This document shows, in pieces, positions 19,053 to 28,956 of a stretch of DNA of 64,000 nucleotides (its first letter is position 1; each line of letters begins with the position of its first letter). The stretch covers positions 45,895 to 109,894 of the forward strand of contig DOSG01000008.1 in NCBI GenBank assembly GCA_003514055.1, read 5' to 3'. Below the pieces are notes generated by a model that saw nothing but the letters and a program-made list of their open reading frames with translations, ran no database searches and was not told the origin of the DNA. Source of the stretch: Candidatus Yanofskybacteria bacterium (lineage in GTDB: Bacteria; Patescibacteriota; Minisyncoccia; 2-02-FULL-40-12; GWA2-44-9). The position numbers and the translations under genes were made by a program.

Positions 19053-21128
19053 CTATTCAAATACTACCTCCATCTTAACCTTGGCTTTGTCTTTAGGTAC
19101 AGTTTTCACCCAAAAAGGCGAGAGACTTACTTTGGCTGAATCGATAACCTTATCGGCCTTGAGCTCCTGCAAGTAATCTCTAACTTGTGAATCCTTTTTG
19201 CCCAGCAAATCGACAAGGATCTTATCAGCATCAATCTTCTTATATTGCATGCCACGGACCATAGTCGTAAACGTTAAGGTGCTGGTTGCGTCATCGTAAG
19301 CTATATTAATGTAACTCTTATCAAGTTTATCCGCCTGCACCGTAGAGGTACCGCCCTTCTCTACATATTTAACTGCTAATTCGTCTATATCTTCCTCTCT
19401 GAAGCCAATAGTTTTAATAAGGCCCGTTAGAGTCATAGTAAAGGTATCGGCTGCCTCATCTACCTGAGCCGTAGATTGTGTGTCTTTAATCACGACATTG
19501 GCCGAATTAATAATCTTTAGATTGGCCGATTGAGATTTCAACGCCTCGGCCACGACTCTTTTAAGCTCTTCCATCAAAACATCTTTAGCCGCTTGATAAT
19601 CCTGATCAGTAACCACCTTAGCCTTACCGCTCGTACCACCCTTCATGGGCTGGACTGACTTACCATATACTTTCTTTAATTTCTCTTGGTCATTCTTCTC
19701 CTTGAAAGCTGATACGATGAAATCAGATGCGGCTATGTTGTATTCGATACCCGGCTTATCAGCTATTACTTCAACTTCCATAGTCCCAGAACTAGATTTG
19801 GCAGCCGGAACAGTTATAGACTTAAGAGTCCTAAAAACTAGACCCTCCTTGGTCTCGAACCTGGTAGTAGCTATTAATTGTTGAGTGACGGCCAAATCAT
19901 TATATACCACAATCTTGCCTCTAGCTTTTTGGGCTACATCTTTTTCTCCAGTAGCGGGAAAAGACTTTGAGGCACTCTTCTCAATATTAAATAATTGCCC
20001 AGGTATTTTGTTGGAGTTCGGATCAACAGATGAATATTTATCAGAAGCTGAAATTTTCAACTCTAATTTTAGTGGATCTTTGGCTGGTACGATCTTAATA
20101 TTGGCGGCACCGCTAACAATATATATAGTCACTAAAAGCACTCCCACCGCAAAAACACCAATGCCCACTATTGCTTTTGACATTCTTTTACCAGAAGGGT
20201 TCCTGTGTTTTGTGTACGAGCCAGCAGACTTATTACTAGATCTAAAAATCCCAGACCAGCTAAATTTTGATTCGGGCTTTCTCTTATCCCAAAGGTGCTC
20301 GCTTTCCCAAACTTCCGTTATCTCGTCCACGTTACCGCCTTTCTTACTATCCGATTCTTTTCTTACCTCAAGCTTTATCGGCTTATAACTGCCACTTTTT
20401 ATCTTTAAATTTTTTATATCTGTATCGGATTGAGATATTATGTCATCCAGATTCTTTCTAGCCATAGCTGTGACGACTTTATAATCATGGTCACTTCCAG
20501 AAAAAGATATTTCTTCGGCCTCTTCATCATCGTCAGTCTTTAGATCTTTATCGTCGAATTCCTCTTCCAACTCTTCAAGGTCTTCCTCTTCTTCAATTTC
20601 TTCTTCGACTTCCTTCTCTAGATCATCCTCTTCCAGCGCATCTTCTTCGATGTCAAGCTTTTTGCCTTTTTTCACGCCTTTATCTTCTTCGACATCTACC
20701 AAATCTTCGTCTAAGTCTTCATCTTCTTCGTGTAACCCACGATCACCTAAATTCTCAGAAACGAAATCTTCGTCATGATATACTTCGGGATTTTCTGGAT
20801 CATCATCATTAATAGAGCTATCATCAACCTGATTGACGGCTAGAATCGCCGACGGTTTTTTTGACCCAGATACCGGTGACAGCAAGATATCGAATTTGTA
20901 GCTCTTAGCCATCTCATTCATTTCTGGATTTGAGCTTAATAAAGATATGGATTTACCATTCTCGTTAGCTTCTTGGCTCAAGGTAGCAAAATTCTCTGGC
21001 CTACTGAAGGCTTTGGCCTTTTTTGGAACTATAAAAATAACTTCCTTGGCGGAAGCTTGCTTAAACAAATTTAATATTTCCTCGAACTTATCATCTTTGA
21101 GTACGTTTATAATCTTTGTCGATGACAT
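19053..21128 (-). CDS. CPR-conserved membrane protein with an acidic linker and baseplate-J-like C-terminal region
   Basis: D/E-rich tract, single TM, ATGEK...KARGKIVVYN...TRF...FRT...VEVIADKPG..YN, GG...VVT..D. Confidence 0.7.
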   Translation of the reverse strand: MSSTKIINVLKDDKFEEILNLFKQASAKEVIFIVPKKAKAFSRPENFATLSQEANENGKSISLLSSNPEMNEMAKSYKFDILLSPVSGSKKPSAILAVNQVDDSSINDDDPENPEVYHDEDFVSENLGDRGLHEEDEDLDEDLVDVEEDKGVKKGKKLDIEEDALEEDDLEKEVEEEIEEEEDLEELEEEFDDKDLKTDDDEEAEEISFSGSDHDYKVVTAMARKNLDDIISQSDTDIKNLKIKSGSYKPIKLEVRKESDSKKGGNVDEITEVWESEHLWDKRKPESKFSWSGIFRSSNKSAGSYTKHRNPSGKRMSKAIVGIGVFAVGVLLVTIYIVSGAANIKIVPAKDPLKLELKISASDKYSSVDPNSNKIPGQLFNIEKSASKSFPATGEKDVAQKARGKIVVYNDLAVTQQLIATTRFETKEGLVFRTLKSITVPAAKSSSGTMEVEVIADKPGIEYNIAASDFIVSAFKEKNDQEKLKKVYGKSVQPMKGGTSGKAKVVTDQDYQAAKDVLMEELKRVVAEALKSQSANLKIINSANVVIKDTQSTAQVDEAADTFTMTLTGLIKTIGFREEDIDELAVKYVEKGGTSTVQADKLDKSYINIAYDDATSTLTFTTMVRGMQYKKIDADKILVDLLGKKDSQVRDYLQELKADKVIDSAKVSLSPFWVKTVPKDKAKVKMEVVFE

Positions 21129-21220
21129 ATTAACTGAATTATACCACAAAATCTGAGAATCAAGGCCAGGATAGTTGATATTTTATCAAAAGAAAAAGAC
21201 GCTTTCGCGTCTATGTGTGG

Positions 21221-21610
21221 CTATGTCAATCCATTGTCTGAGGCTCCAGCTAGGCAGTCTATCATGCCCATCATAAAATCTGTCCTCTCACTATTCGTTT
21301 CATAAGTAGCCAATATCGTAGATATTGCACTCGAACCAATAGTGTTAATGACGCAAGCACAGTATGCTCCGGCATAATAAGGCTTCCTGTCCATAACTAA
21401 CTTTCTAAGTTTTGCCATAGAATCTGCGACCCATGCTTTTTGCTCAAGAACGATGGCTTTCTGGGTGGCTAATTCTGCTTCATGTCTGCGTACGACTTCT
21501 TCAGCTATTCTTAGGTTCTCCAAGGCGGATTTAACCACCACAGACTCTCCTTGGATATCATCCAAAATTGAGATAGCAAGCCCTTCTCTTAGCGTTTTGC
21601 TTTCAGGCAT
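21221..21610 (-). CDS. hypothetical coiled-coil protein (orphan cassette gene)
   Basis: TTGACA-N16-TATTAT promoter, GCTCATTGAA, GGAG SD, terminator at 21193-21212. Confidence 0.65.
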   Translation of the reverse strand: MPESKTLREGLAISILDDIQGESVVVKSALENLRIAEEVVRRHEAELATQKAIVLEQKAWVADSMAKLRKLVMDRKPYYAGAYCACVINTIGSSAISTILATYETNSERTDFMMGMIDCLAGASDNGLT

Positions 21611-21647
21611 GGATACTCCATTCAATGAGCTACCGATATAATACAGC

Positions 21648-22658
21648 TTATTTCGTTCGTGTCAATATTGTAAAGGCTTCGGTCGCAGACTTAGTAATCA
21701 TAAGCTCCATACGTAATTCTTTCGCGCCCTCCCAGCCCGAAATATACATTTTAAAGAATTTTTTCATGTTATCGTAATTTCTCTCTTTACCCCAAAACTT
21801 CTCATGCAGCTTCAAATGATATAGTGCCAATTTAATTCTCTTGTTTCGTTCAGAAGAGAAGGGCGCCTTTTCGTCCGACAATGCCGGATCAAAGATGCCC
21901 TTCGGAAAATTGCCTTCACTAAACACCCACGGATTCTGGAAAATTCCTCGCCCGATCATAATTCCATCTACGCCATATCTCTTGGCTTTATCCATCCCTT
22001 CTCCCACACTCAGAACATCACCGTTGCCAATTGCTACAATTCCCGCTTTTTTTATTAACTTAGTCGCTTTGGCAATTTCGTCCCAATGCGCTGGCACCAT
22101 CGACAATTCCTTGCTTGTCCGGCCATGCACCGTAATTGCATCAGGCTTAGCCCTTATTATCTCCGATATCCAATTTTTAGTATCGATTTTATTAAATCCG
22201 ATTCGAGTCTTAACCGAAACTGGTATCCGGCTACTGCCGGAGCCAGCTCCACGCTTAGTCGCGATTATAATCTCTTTGGCCAATTCAGAATTTGAAATCA
22301 GCTTAGCACCTGCGCCCTGCTTCGCCACCTTCTTAACTGGACAGCCCATATTAATATCAATACCATCAAAACCAAGCTTAACTGCCAGCTGAGCACATTT
22401 ATAAAAATTTTCTGGTTTAGTCCCAAAGAACTGAACCACGATTGGCTTTTCTTTCTTTGAGAATTTCAAATGCCTAATGAGCTTTTTATAACCCTTATTC
22501 GAAGACAGGCCATCAACCGAGACAAACTCTGTCCAAAGAACATCCGGCTTGCCACATTTTAAAATCACCTGCCTAAAAACAGGGTCGGTCACATCGGCCA
22601 TCGGCGCCAATGCAAAAAATGGCTTCTTCTTTTTCACTAATTTCTGCCAGAAGTTCAT
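21648..22658 (-). CDS. dusB: tRNA-dihydrouridine synthase (DusB-like)
   Basis: LAPMADVTD, DINMGCP, SVKTRIG, HGRT, GNGD, MIGRG. Confidence 0.92.
   Translation of the reverse strand: MNFWQKLVKKKKPFFALAPMADVTDPVFRQVILKCGKPDVLWTEFVSVDGLSSNKGYKKLIRHLKFSKKEKPIVVQFFGTKPENFYKCAQLAVKLGFDGIDINMGCPVKKVAKQGAGAKLISNSELAKEIIIATKRGAGSGSSRIPVSVKTRIGFNKIDTKNWISEIIRAKPDAITVHGRTSKELSMVPAHWDEIAKATKLIKKAGIVAIGNGDVLSVGEGMDKAKRYGVDGIMIGRGIFQNPWVFSEGNFPKGIFDPALSDEKAPFSSERNKRIKLALYHLKLHEKFWGKERNYDNMKKFFKMYISGWEGAKELRMELMITKSATEAFTILTRTK
21858..21903. repeat. ACAAAGGGCGCC-family palindrome (diverged), in-frame inside dusB
   Basis: GAAGGGCGCCTTT...AAAGATGCCCTTC with inner TCCG/CGGA stem; encodes PKGIFDPALSDEKAPFS. 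Confidence 0.65.
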
Positions 22659-22716
22659 GTTGACAGATTATACCATCTGTTTTAATATTTGCCCAGCTAC
22701 TTGAAGGGAAATCTAG

Positions 22717-22959
22717 ATGTCATGTAACGTACTTCATAAGATGCAGGTAAAAACAGCCCTCATCGTTTCTTACTCGTTAATGATCATCATGTGTCTTGGA
22801 CTGTCTAGCCTTCTCGTTTGGCAAGTATGCCAAACCGAACTTCCGATTTCCACAAGTATAGGTTTCTCAATTTTTGCCCTGTTATTCCTGGGTCTTAGCA
22901 TCTTAAGCGCCACGTTTATGACTAAGATAATTCGAACGAAATCTATCGATACCGCCTAA
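22717..22959 (+). CDS. small two-TM hypothetical protein (orphan cassette gene)
   Basis: Two hydrophobic helices; TTGACA(22660) promoter, GCTACTTGAA, AGGGA SD. Confidence 0.6.
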   Translation: MSCNVLHKMQVKTALIVSYSLMIIMCLGLSSLLVWQVCQTELPISTSIGFSIFALLFLGLSILSATFMTKIIRTKSIDTA

Positions 22960-22989
22960 CGGCGGTCTTTTCTTACGCCTTGACGGTCT

Positions 22990-23304
22990 ATGTCAAAGCC
23001 TATACAATCCGATCAGCTGTTTTACTCGGAGGCGGACATGCGTTTTGTAGGTCTTAATCTCATGTTGTTCTGGTCTACTGTTCTGATAGTTCTAGCATAT
23101 CCAGTATTTGGCCTATTCGGCTCTATTGGATGGTCCTTGGTATGGTTATTGATGATGTTGTTGTTCGGCAAGCTCACTTCTATCTCGAGCATAAAAGGTA
23201 GTGTCGCAATGTTTGGAATCGCTTGGCTGACTATCGTAATGTTCATTTATAAGCCAGAATATGCGAAGAATTTTGAAGAGTTTTTCAATAAATTATTTCC
23301 ATAG
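22990..23304 (+). CDS. small membrane hypothetical protein
   Basis: Three hydrophobic segments; start uncertain; hairpin plus U-tract after the stop. Confidence 0.55.
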   Translation: MSKPIQSDQLFYSEADMRFVGLNLMLFWSTVLIVLAYPVFGLFGSIGWSLVWLLMMLLFGKLTSISSIKGSVAMFGIAWLTIVMFIYKPEYAKNFEEFFNKLFP

Positions 23305-23347
23305 GGCCTAGGCCCTTTTTTTGTTACAAAAAAAGACGCAAATGCGT

Positions 23348-23698
23348 CTATGGAAACATGAATTTCGAGAAGTCGAACAGAAAAGTTCTCAATCGCTGAC
23401 CCCAAGTAGTATCCACCCATATCCAAGCGATACATAAGGCTAGCCAAATAGTGCCGAAAAAATAACTAAGGATAGCTGTGCGTTTATTTACTTTAGCCCA
23501 GAATTCGTCTGCGTTAATCGTCTCATCTCTTCCTTTTATGGCTAGGATCCCGACGGTACCGGTCATCATAAGATAAACAAATGAAACCACAAATGACGCC
23601 ATTGAGAAATCTAACAACGTCCTTGGCCACGAATAGAGCAACATCATCGTGGCCAAAATAACCATCAGTATGGGCAGATAGAGCCTAAGTCTCGACAT
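23348..23698 (-). CDS. small three-TM hypothetical protein (orphan cassette gene)
   Basis: TTGACG-N16-TATTGT promoter, GTTTCTTGA, GAGG SD, terminator overlapping the stop. Confidence 0.6.
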   Translation of the reverse strand: MSRLRLYLPILMVILATMMLLYSWPRTLLDFSMASFVVSFVYLMMTGTVGILAIKGRDETINADEFWAKVNKRTAILSYFFGTIWLALCIAWIWVDTTWGQRLRTFLFDFSKFMFP

Positions 23699-23808
23699 GT
23701 TTTTGGCCTCTCAAGAAACTACCAAGACAATAGCACATTTACCTAGATCGTCAAATAAAAAGAGCGGGCGCACCCGATGCGCCCGCGAGGACATGAAACA
23801 ACTGCGAG

Positions 23809-25509
23809 TTATTGTAATACGATCCTAATACGTCTGATACCAGCCGAAACGGCCTCCTCTTTTGCGATTTTAATGTGGCCTATCTCGCCGGTGCGTCTAA
23901 CATGCGGACCACCGCAAACTTCTTTCGAAAAATAATCACCAGGATCGCCAATCGTATAGACTGTCACCATCTCTGGATATTTAAGCTTAAAAAATGCTAA
24001 CGCCCCAGAATCAATCGCATCCTGATATCTCATATCTTCAAAAGATACAGCCAGGTCATCGGATATAGCTTGATTAATTGTGTCCTCGACTTGCCTTATC
24101 TCTTCGGATGTCATCTTACGATCAAAACTAAAATCAAACCTCAACCTTTCGGCATTAATATCAGAGCCAGATTGATGGACATCATTGCCCAAGACTTTTC
24201 TCAAGGCAGATTGGAGTAAATGCGTGGTAGTATGATATTTGATTTTGATAACTAATTCCTCCTCGTTAGCGGCGGTTAAGTCACCCTTGGCAATGCCGTG
24301 GCCACCAAACTTTTTCTCCGCACCCGCCCGCGATAGTTCCTGATGCTTTTTAAATTCTTCGTCAAAGTTATCGCGATTCAAGCTCTTGGCCTTATCGCCA
24401 CCAACTTCTTTGATAATTTCGTAGGGTAACCCAAAACTTTCATAAAGATGAAAGGCATTAACCGCATTCAAGTCATCAATCTTATCGAGCTCTCTCATGC
24501 CTCGCTCTAAAGTGTTATCGAACTTATCTTTCTCCGTCGAAAATTCACTGATGATCAAGTTAATATCCAATTCCGGATAATAACCGTCGTATATTTCCTG
24601 AACCATTCTAAATAAATTCGAAATTATCTGCTTCTCAATCTTAAACTGAAAAGCATAAACGATTAGACGGCGCATTATTCTTCTTAATACATATCCGGCT
24701 TCTTTATTGGAAGGCCTGAAGCCATCTGACAACATAAACGCTACGGCACGAGCATGATCAGTAACGATTCTTTTCTTTCTTTCTTCCATACTAGGAATCA
24801 ATTCCATGATCGGCCGGAGTAAATCAGTATCAAATATAGTCGAGACGCCTTGGCTTACCATAACGAGCCTTTCTAGGCCCATACCCGTATCGATACCCGG
24901 CGTTTTGAGCGACTCTAGCTTCTTGTCCGCGTACTGATAATATTGATTGAAAACGATATTCCAGACTTCTAGCCCGTTTACATATATTTCCGTGGTTGGG
25001 CCACAAGGCCCTTCGGCGCCAGTCGGTCCCCAGAAATTATCTTTCCTGCCAAATCTCTTAACCACAATGTTTGGATCTAGTTCTTTCCAATATTTTTCAG
25101 ATTCGTCATCAGCCGGTACGCCATCACTACCTTCAAATACAGAGACATAATCGATCTTTAGTCCCATTTCCTTAACGATAAAGTCGTAGCCATATTGAAT
25201 GGCTTCTTTTTTAAAATATCCGCCAAATGAAAAGTTTCCCAGCATCTCAAAAAATGTCAGATGAGATTCATCGCCGACTTCATCGATGTCTGAAGTACGT
25301 ACACATTTTTGAATAGTAACCGTATTTAAAGAACCAAAATCTTTGGTTGCATCGGCCTGACCAGTATAATAATATTTAAATTGCTGCATGCCAGCCGTAG
25401 TAAACAACACCGACGGATCAGTTGGCATAAGTGAGGCCGAGGGCACAAGTTTGTGTCCCCTCTCTTGGAAAAATTTTATAAACTTGTCTCTTATTTCTTT
25501 GTGAGTCAT
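23809..25509 (-). CDS. alaS: alanine--tRNA ligase, short form lacking the C-Ala domain
   Basis: LFTTAGMQQFK, HLTFFEMLGNFSFG, GPCGP, DTGMGLER, HTTTHLL, EVCGGPHV. Confidence 0.97.
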   Translation of the reverse strand: MTHKEIRDKFIKFFQERGHKLVPSASLMPTDPSVLFTTAGMQQFKYYYTGQADATKDFGSLNTVTIQKCVRTSDIDEVGDESHLTFFEMLGNFSFGGYFKKEAIQYGYDFIVKEMGLKIDYVSVFEGSDGVPADDESEKYWKELDPNIVVKRFGRKDNFWGPTGAEGPCGPTTEIYVNGLEVWNIVFNQYYQYADKKLESLKTPGIDTGMGLERLVMVSQGVSTIFDTDLLRPIMELIPSMEERKKRIVTDHARAVAFMLSDGFRPSNKEAGYVLRRIMRRLIVYAFQFKIEKQIISNLFRMVQEIYDGYYPELDINLIISEFSTEKDKFDNTLERGMRELDKIDDLNAVNAFHLYESFGLPYEIIKEVGGDKAKSLNRDNFDEEFKKHQELSRAGAEKKFGGHGIAKGDLTAANEEELVIKIKYHTTTHLLQSALRKVLGNDVHQSGSDINAERLRFDFSFDRKMTSEEIRQVEDTINQAISDDLAVSFEDMRYQDAIDSGALAFFKLKYPEMVTVYTIGDPGDYFSKEVCGGPHVRRTGEIGHIKIAKEEAVSAGIRRIRIVLQ

Positions 25510-25563
25510 GTCTACATTAATTTATCAGTATTAGCCAACCTTAGCAATAAATATGCTCGGGCG

Positions 25564-26850
25564 TTATCTCAAGGAGAACTTCTCAAATATGATATTTGAA
25601 CCTCTTAATCCGGCCGCCTTGAGTCCCGATACTAATGACTCAATCATTGGTATCGGGCCGCAGATATAAACCGTCCTTTCTTTATAGTCTTGAACTAATG
25701 CCTTGATTTTCTCAGGATCAAGTTGCCCCATCTTTTGTGATAAAAATTTAATTAGTCTCAGATTCTTGTATTCTGCAGCCAATAGATCAACCTCTTTCTC
25801 TAATACGATATTGCCTTCCTGGCGATTGCTATATATCAAGGCCACGTCCATATTATCTTTGATCATCTCTTCGGCCACGGCCTTAACCGGAGTAATGCCA
25901 ACTCCACCAGCAATTAAAAGAATCTTGCGATTTCCAGCTCTAGCAGTCGTAAAAACACCATTTGGACCATCAATAATGACTTTAGTACCAACTTTTAGCT
26001 CTCTAATTTTATTTGAATAATCACCTAGATTTTTAACGGTTATTCTTAAAAATTTGTCATTATGAATACTCGAAAACGAATACGGATGAGCTTCATACCA
26101 GAACCCTTCCTGAAGAAATCTGAATATCGCAAACTGTCCACCTTTAAACTCAAATCGCTTGAGATCTTTGCCTTGAATATATATGGAATGGGACTCCTCG
26201 GTATCTTTTTCTACTTTTTGGATTTCAAAACTATGTCTCCAAAAATAATAAATTGGCCTAGCGAATCTATACAAAATCAAATTACCAAAGGCAAATACAT
26301 ATAACACCCACCAAAAAACTACGAATAAACCGTTATCCCTAAAATCTCCGCCGAGTTCTAATTGATGCCCAAAAGCGAGGAGGATAGCTACGTAGAGTAG
26401 TAAATGCAGATAATACCAGATCTCATATTTTAATTTTTCTAACAATATTGGGATTAATATTCCAACAGCAATGATTATAATAGCCGCTATCGTTCCATTT
26501 AAAACGTCATCGCCGCCATTCAATCTAATGAAAGTTGCTACAAATCCAGAATCTCCAGACTTAGCTACGGTCAGCAAGATTGGGTGGGCTAAGAGCATGA
26601 CAAGAGTCCCAACTCCATTCCAATGATGGAAGCGAGCTAGTTTATCCATGCCAAAGATCTTTTCCAGCCAACCAGTTCGGCCAATAAGTACCAGTTGCAA
26701 CAACAACGAATAGACTAGGACTAAACCAGCCAGCCGGCCCATGGCGAGAGAAATATTGGAATCCATTAAAATCCAAGAATTCAGTGACCAGAAATAAACT
26801 ATCAGAACTAAGCCAATTAGTAGCAGCAGATAAGAAAATGTTTTATTCAT
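25564..26850 (-). CDS. ferric-reductase-like transmembrane domain + FAD/NAD(P)-binding oxidoreductase
   Basis: Heme-ligating His in TM helices; HPYSFSS, DGPNG, IAGGVGITP, YICGP, EKF. Confidence 0.9.
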   Translation of the reverse strand: MNKTFSYLLLLIGLVLIVYFWSLNSWILMDSNISLAMGRLAGLVLVYSLLLQLVLIGRTGWLEKIFGMDKLARFHHWNGVGTLVMLLAHPILLTVAKSGDSGFVATFIRLNGGDDVLNGTIAAIIIIAVGILIPILLEKLKYEIWYYLHLLLYVAILLAFGHQLELGGDFRDNGLFVVFWWVLYVFAFGNLILYRFARPIYYFWRHSFEIQKVEKDTEESHSIYIQGKDLKRFEFKGGQFAIFRFLQEGFWYEAHPYSFSSIHNDKFLRITVKNLGDYSNKIRELKVGTKVIIDGPNGVFTTARAGNRKILLIAGGVGITPVKAVAEEMIKDNMDVALIYSNRQEGNIVLEKEVDLLAAEYKNLRLIKFLSQKMGQLDPEKIKALVQDYKERTVYICGPIPMIESLVSGLKAAGLRGSNIIFEKFSLR

Positions 26851-26914
26851 TGCTTCTTGATTATGATGATAATTTATCAGTTATCACTGTTTTTTACAAT
26901 AAAAAAAGCGACAC

Positions 26915-27244
26915 CTATGGTGTCGCGGATTCAGTAATATCTCCTTCGGATATATCTTGCTCAGGGCTAACCACCGATTGGCCGACTCTCCCCGCCTTTA
27001 TCTTCATCAGAAAATCAATGCGTTCAGTACGCCAAGTATCGGGAAAATGCTTTCTTTCCAAAAACAAAACGTACGCCGTCAAAGAATTCTTCTTATCGGT
27101 CAGAAGTTGAACTTCCCTGGACAATCGTTCGTTGTCCTTAATTATACGCCTGAACTCCCTATAATTTATCCAGAACTTTTTCATCTCTCGAAGCCTCCTC
27201 CGAATAAATAAAAAAGCTCCAAACAGAACTGTTTCAGTTACCAC
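26915..27244 (-). CDS. hypothetical protein (orphan cassette gene)
   Basis: GTG start after GGAGG; TTGACA-N17-TAAAAT promoter; GTTCTTTCA motif. Confidence 0.6.
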   Translation of the reverse strand: MVTETVLFGAFLFIRRRLREMKKFWINYREFRRIIKDNERLSREVQLLTDKKNSLTAYVLFLERKHFPDTWRTERIDFLMKIKAGRVGQSVVSPEQDISEGDITESATP

Positions 27245-27307
27245 AGTAACCTCCCACATGAAAGAACCGAAGTGCTTGGTTTATTTTACACGTACAATTA
27301 GATTGTG

Positions 27308-27631
27308 TCAACAAACAAGCCTTGAGAACCCCCACAAATGCCACATTACTACAATTAATGAGATGGCGGTTAATGCCAGAAAAGCCAACCTAGCATGTCT
27401 TGACTCTCCTTTAGTAGGTAATCTCTCTTCGGCCACGCCATATATGAATAAGGCGCCGATGAGAGCAACAAGTTTTAGTAATATCATCGCCGGCAAGACG
27501 CCAATCTTTTGCATTAACAGCTTCAGAAAAGGATTCAATTCTGGGATGCCTATGCTTAAATAGAAAAACGTCCAGGCGAAATCGGCTATATTGGCTAGAA
27601 TGAACAAGATTAAGACTAGCCTTAATTTCAT
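27308..27631 (-). CDS. DUF5658-like small membrane protein
   Basis: NIADFAWT...G..ELNPF...K motif; leader ATCTTTGACAAT GGAGG. Confidence 0.7.
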   Translation of the reverse strand: MKLRLVLILFILANIADFAWTFFYLSIGIPELNPFLKLLMQKIGVLPAMILLKLVALIGALFIYGVAEERLPTKGESRHARLAFLALTAISLIVVMWHLWGFSRLVC

Positions 27632-27732
27632 CCAAACCTCCATTGTCAAAGATTGTGTAATAATATTAATCATATCGAATCAAGTCAAATAGACGCCGCT
27701 TGCTAGAGAAACAAAAACGGGTAGCTTATCAG

Positions 27733-27999
27733 CTACCCGTGAATCTCTAGCCATAACTTTATTCCGCCAATCACGACCGCACAAGAGAAGTATATAATCC
27801 CAAAGGCAAGTAGCTCTGAGTTAGTCAGATAAGCCAACTCAGAAAAGGTTATCGCCAGACAGATCATGAGTATGCCCAGAATAAAGATAGGTCCCTGTCT
27901 ACCCGCCTTTACTAGTTCATAAATCAAGACTATTGGCGATAGTAGGATTGAGAATACGTTCCACAGCCAACCAGTCAAAAAGAAAGCCACATTCGTCAT
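27733..27999 (-). CDS. small membrane hypothetical protein
   Basis: Three hydrophobic segments; starts 7 nt after the upstream stop. Confidence 0.55.
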   Translation of the reverse strand: MTNVAFFLTGWLWNVFSILLSPIVLIYELVKAGRQGPIFILGILMICLAITFSELAYLTNSELLAFGIIYFSCAVVIGGIKLWLEIHG

Positions 28000-28006
28000 A
28001 CGTGCC

Positions 28007-28237
28007 CTATTCTTCTGAGTTATCGTCAGAGGAATATTCTTCGGCAAGTCCATTCTGTATTGCGATTATCAAATTGGTCTTACCCATTTGCTCACAGTAC
28101 TGCTGCGGAGTCAGGCCCCCGAGCAAATCGCTTGGTTCAACCCAAAACTCCCACATATCTCTGGCGGCGATCGAACCAGCCAGAGCGATACGAATTACTT
28201 CCGGTATCGCCGAATTCAGTGGCATGATTTTTGCCAT
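28007..28237 (-). CDS. small protein resembling the Xre/MbcA/ParS antitoxin C-terminal domain (DUF2384-like)
   Basis: WEFWVEPSDLLGGLTPQQY resembles W..P...LgG.tP; TTGACA-N16-TATAAT promoter, GGAG SD. Confidence 0.5.
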   Translation of the reverse strand: MAKIMPLNSAIPEVIRIALAGSIAARDMWEFWVEPSDLLGGLTPQQYCEQMGKTNLIIAIQNGLAEEYSSDDNSEE

Positions 28238-28411
28238 ACATACTCCATGTTTGAGAACTGCCAACATTATACAATCGTGCCATTTTTTGTCAAAGACTAC
28301 GCTTGACAGTCGCTGGTTGGACATGCTATAATATATGAATAAGTCTGGTTCGTTCACAACCCAAGAAGGCAGCTATGCCACGAGCTTATGCTCAAAAATA
28401 GCAGAGGAAAA

Positions 28412-28894
28412 ATGAAAACTCTTCTGGCGATCATCTTCACGCTCCTCTTCATCGCCTGGGGCGTCGCAATGACCTTCAACTCGATCATGTTCAATCGAGG
28501 GTGTGGAGGCTACCTCAAACGGGCCGCCGACGCCAACACGACCAAGCTGGCGACCGAGAACCTCGAGATCGCGGTCAAGTACGCCAAGGACAATGGGCTG
28601 ACCTCCGGCTACACGTCGATCGTGTATCGGACTCCAGACGAAGACGTGGGCTTCTGGTACGACAACCTCAAGGAGTCACTGAAAGAGCTCCAGTCGACCA
28701 GCCCTGACGCCTCACGACTCGAGAAGACGAACGCTCTCATGAAGCTCAGAGAGACCCTTCTGGATTCCGGTCAGAGCACCAGCGTCACGGCTCCTGCCGG
28801 CATTAGCCGATACCCCCACAACGGCTTCTTGGCTCTGTGGGGATGGCTCTCGTTCATTCTGGCGATCATCTTCTGGCTCGGGGCTACCGTGTAG
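28412..28894 (+). CDS. two-TM hypothetical protein, GC-rich, phage-like
   Basis: N- and C-terminal TMs; codon usage clearly richer in C/G than neighbours; own promoter (TTGACA 28303) and terminator (28913-28958). Confidence 0.75.
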   Translation: MKTLLAIIFTLLFIAWGVAMTFNSIMFNRGCGGYLKRAADANTTKLATENLEIAVKYAKDNGLTSGYTSIVYRTPDEDVGFWYDNLKESLKELQSTSPDASRLEKTNALMKLRETLLDSGQSTSVTAPAGISRYPHNGFLALWGWLSFILAIIFWLGATV

Positions 28895-28956
28895 TAGCTA
28901 CTCGATCACCCTCCCTGGCGAAGCAAGCAGACAGCTGCTCTTCGCCAGGGCTTTTT

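Noticed and set aside
19053-21128. Baseplate-J-like similarity as a sign of a prophage or contractile system
   Set aside because: No other phage structural genes nearby; leaderless, membrane-anchored and typical of CPR chromosomes
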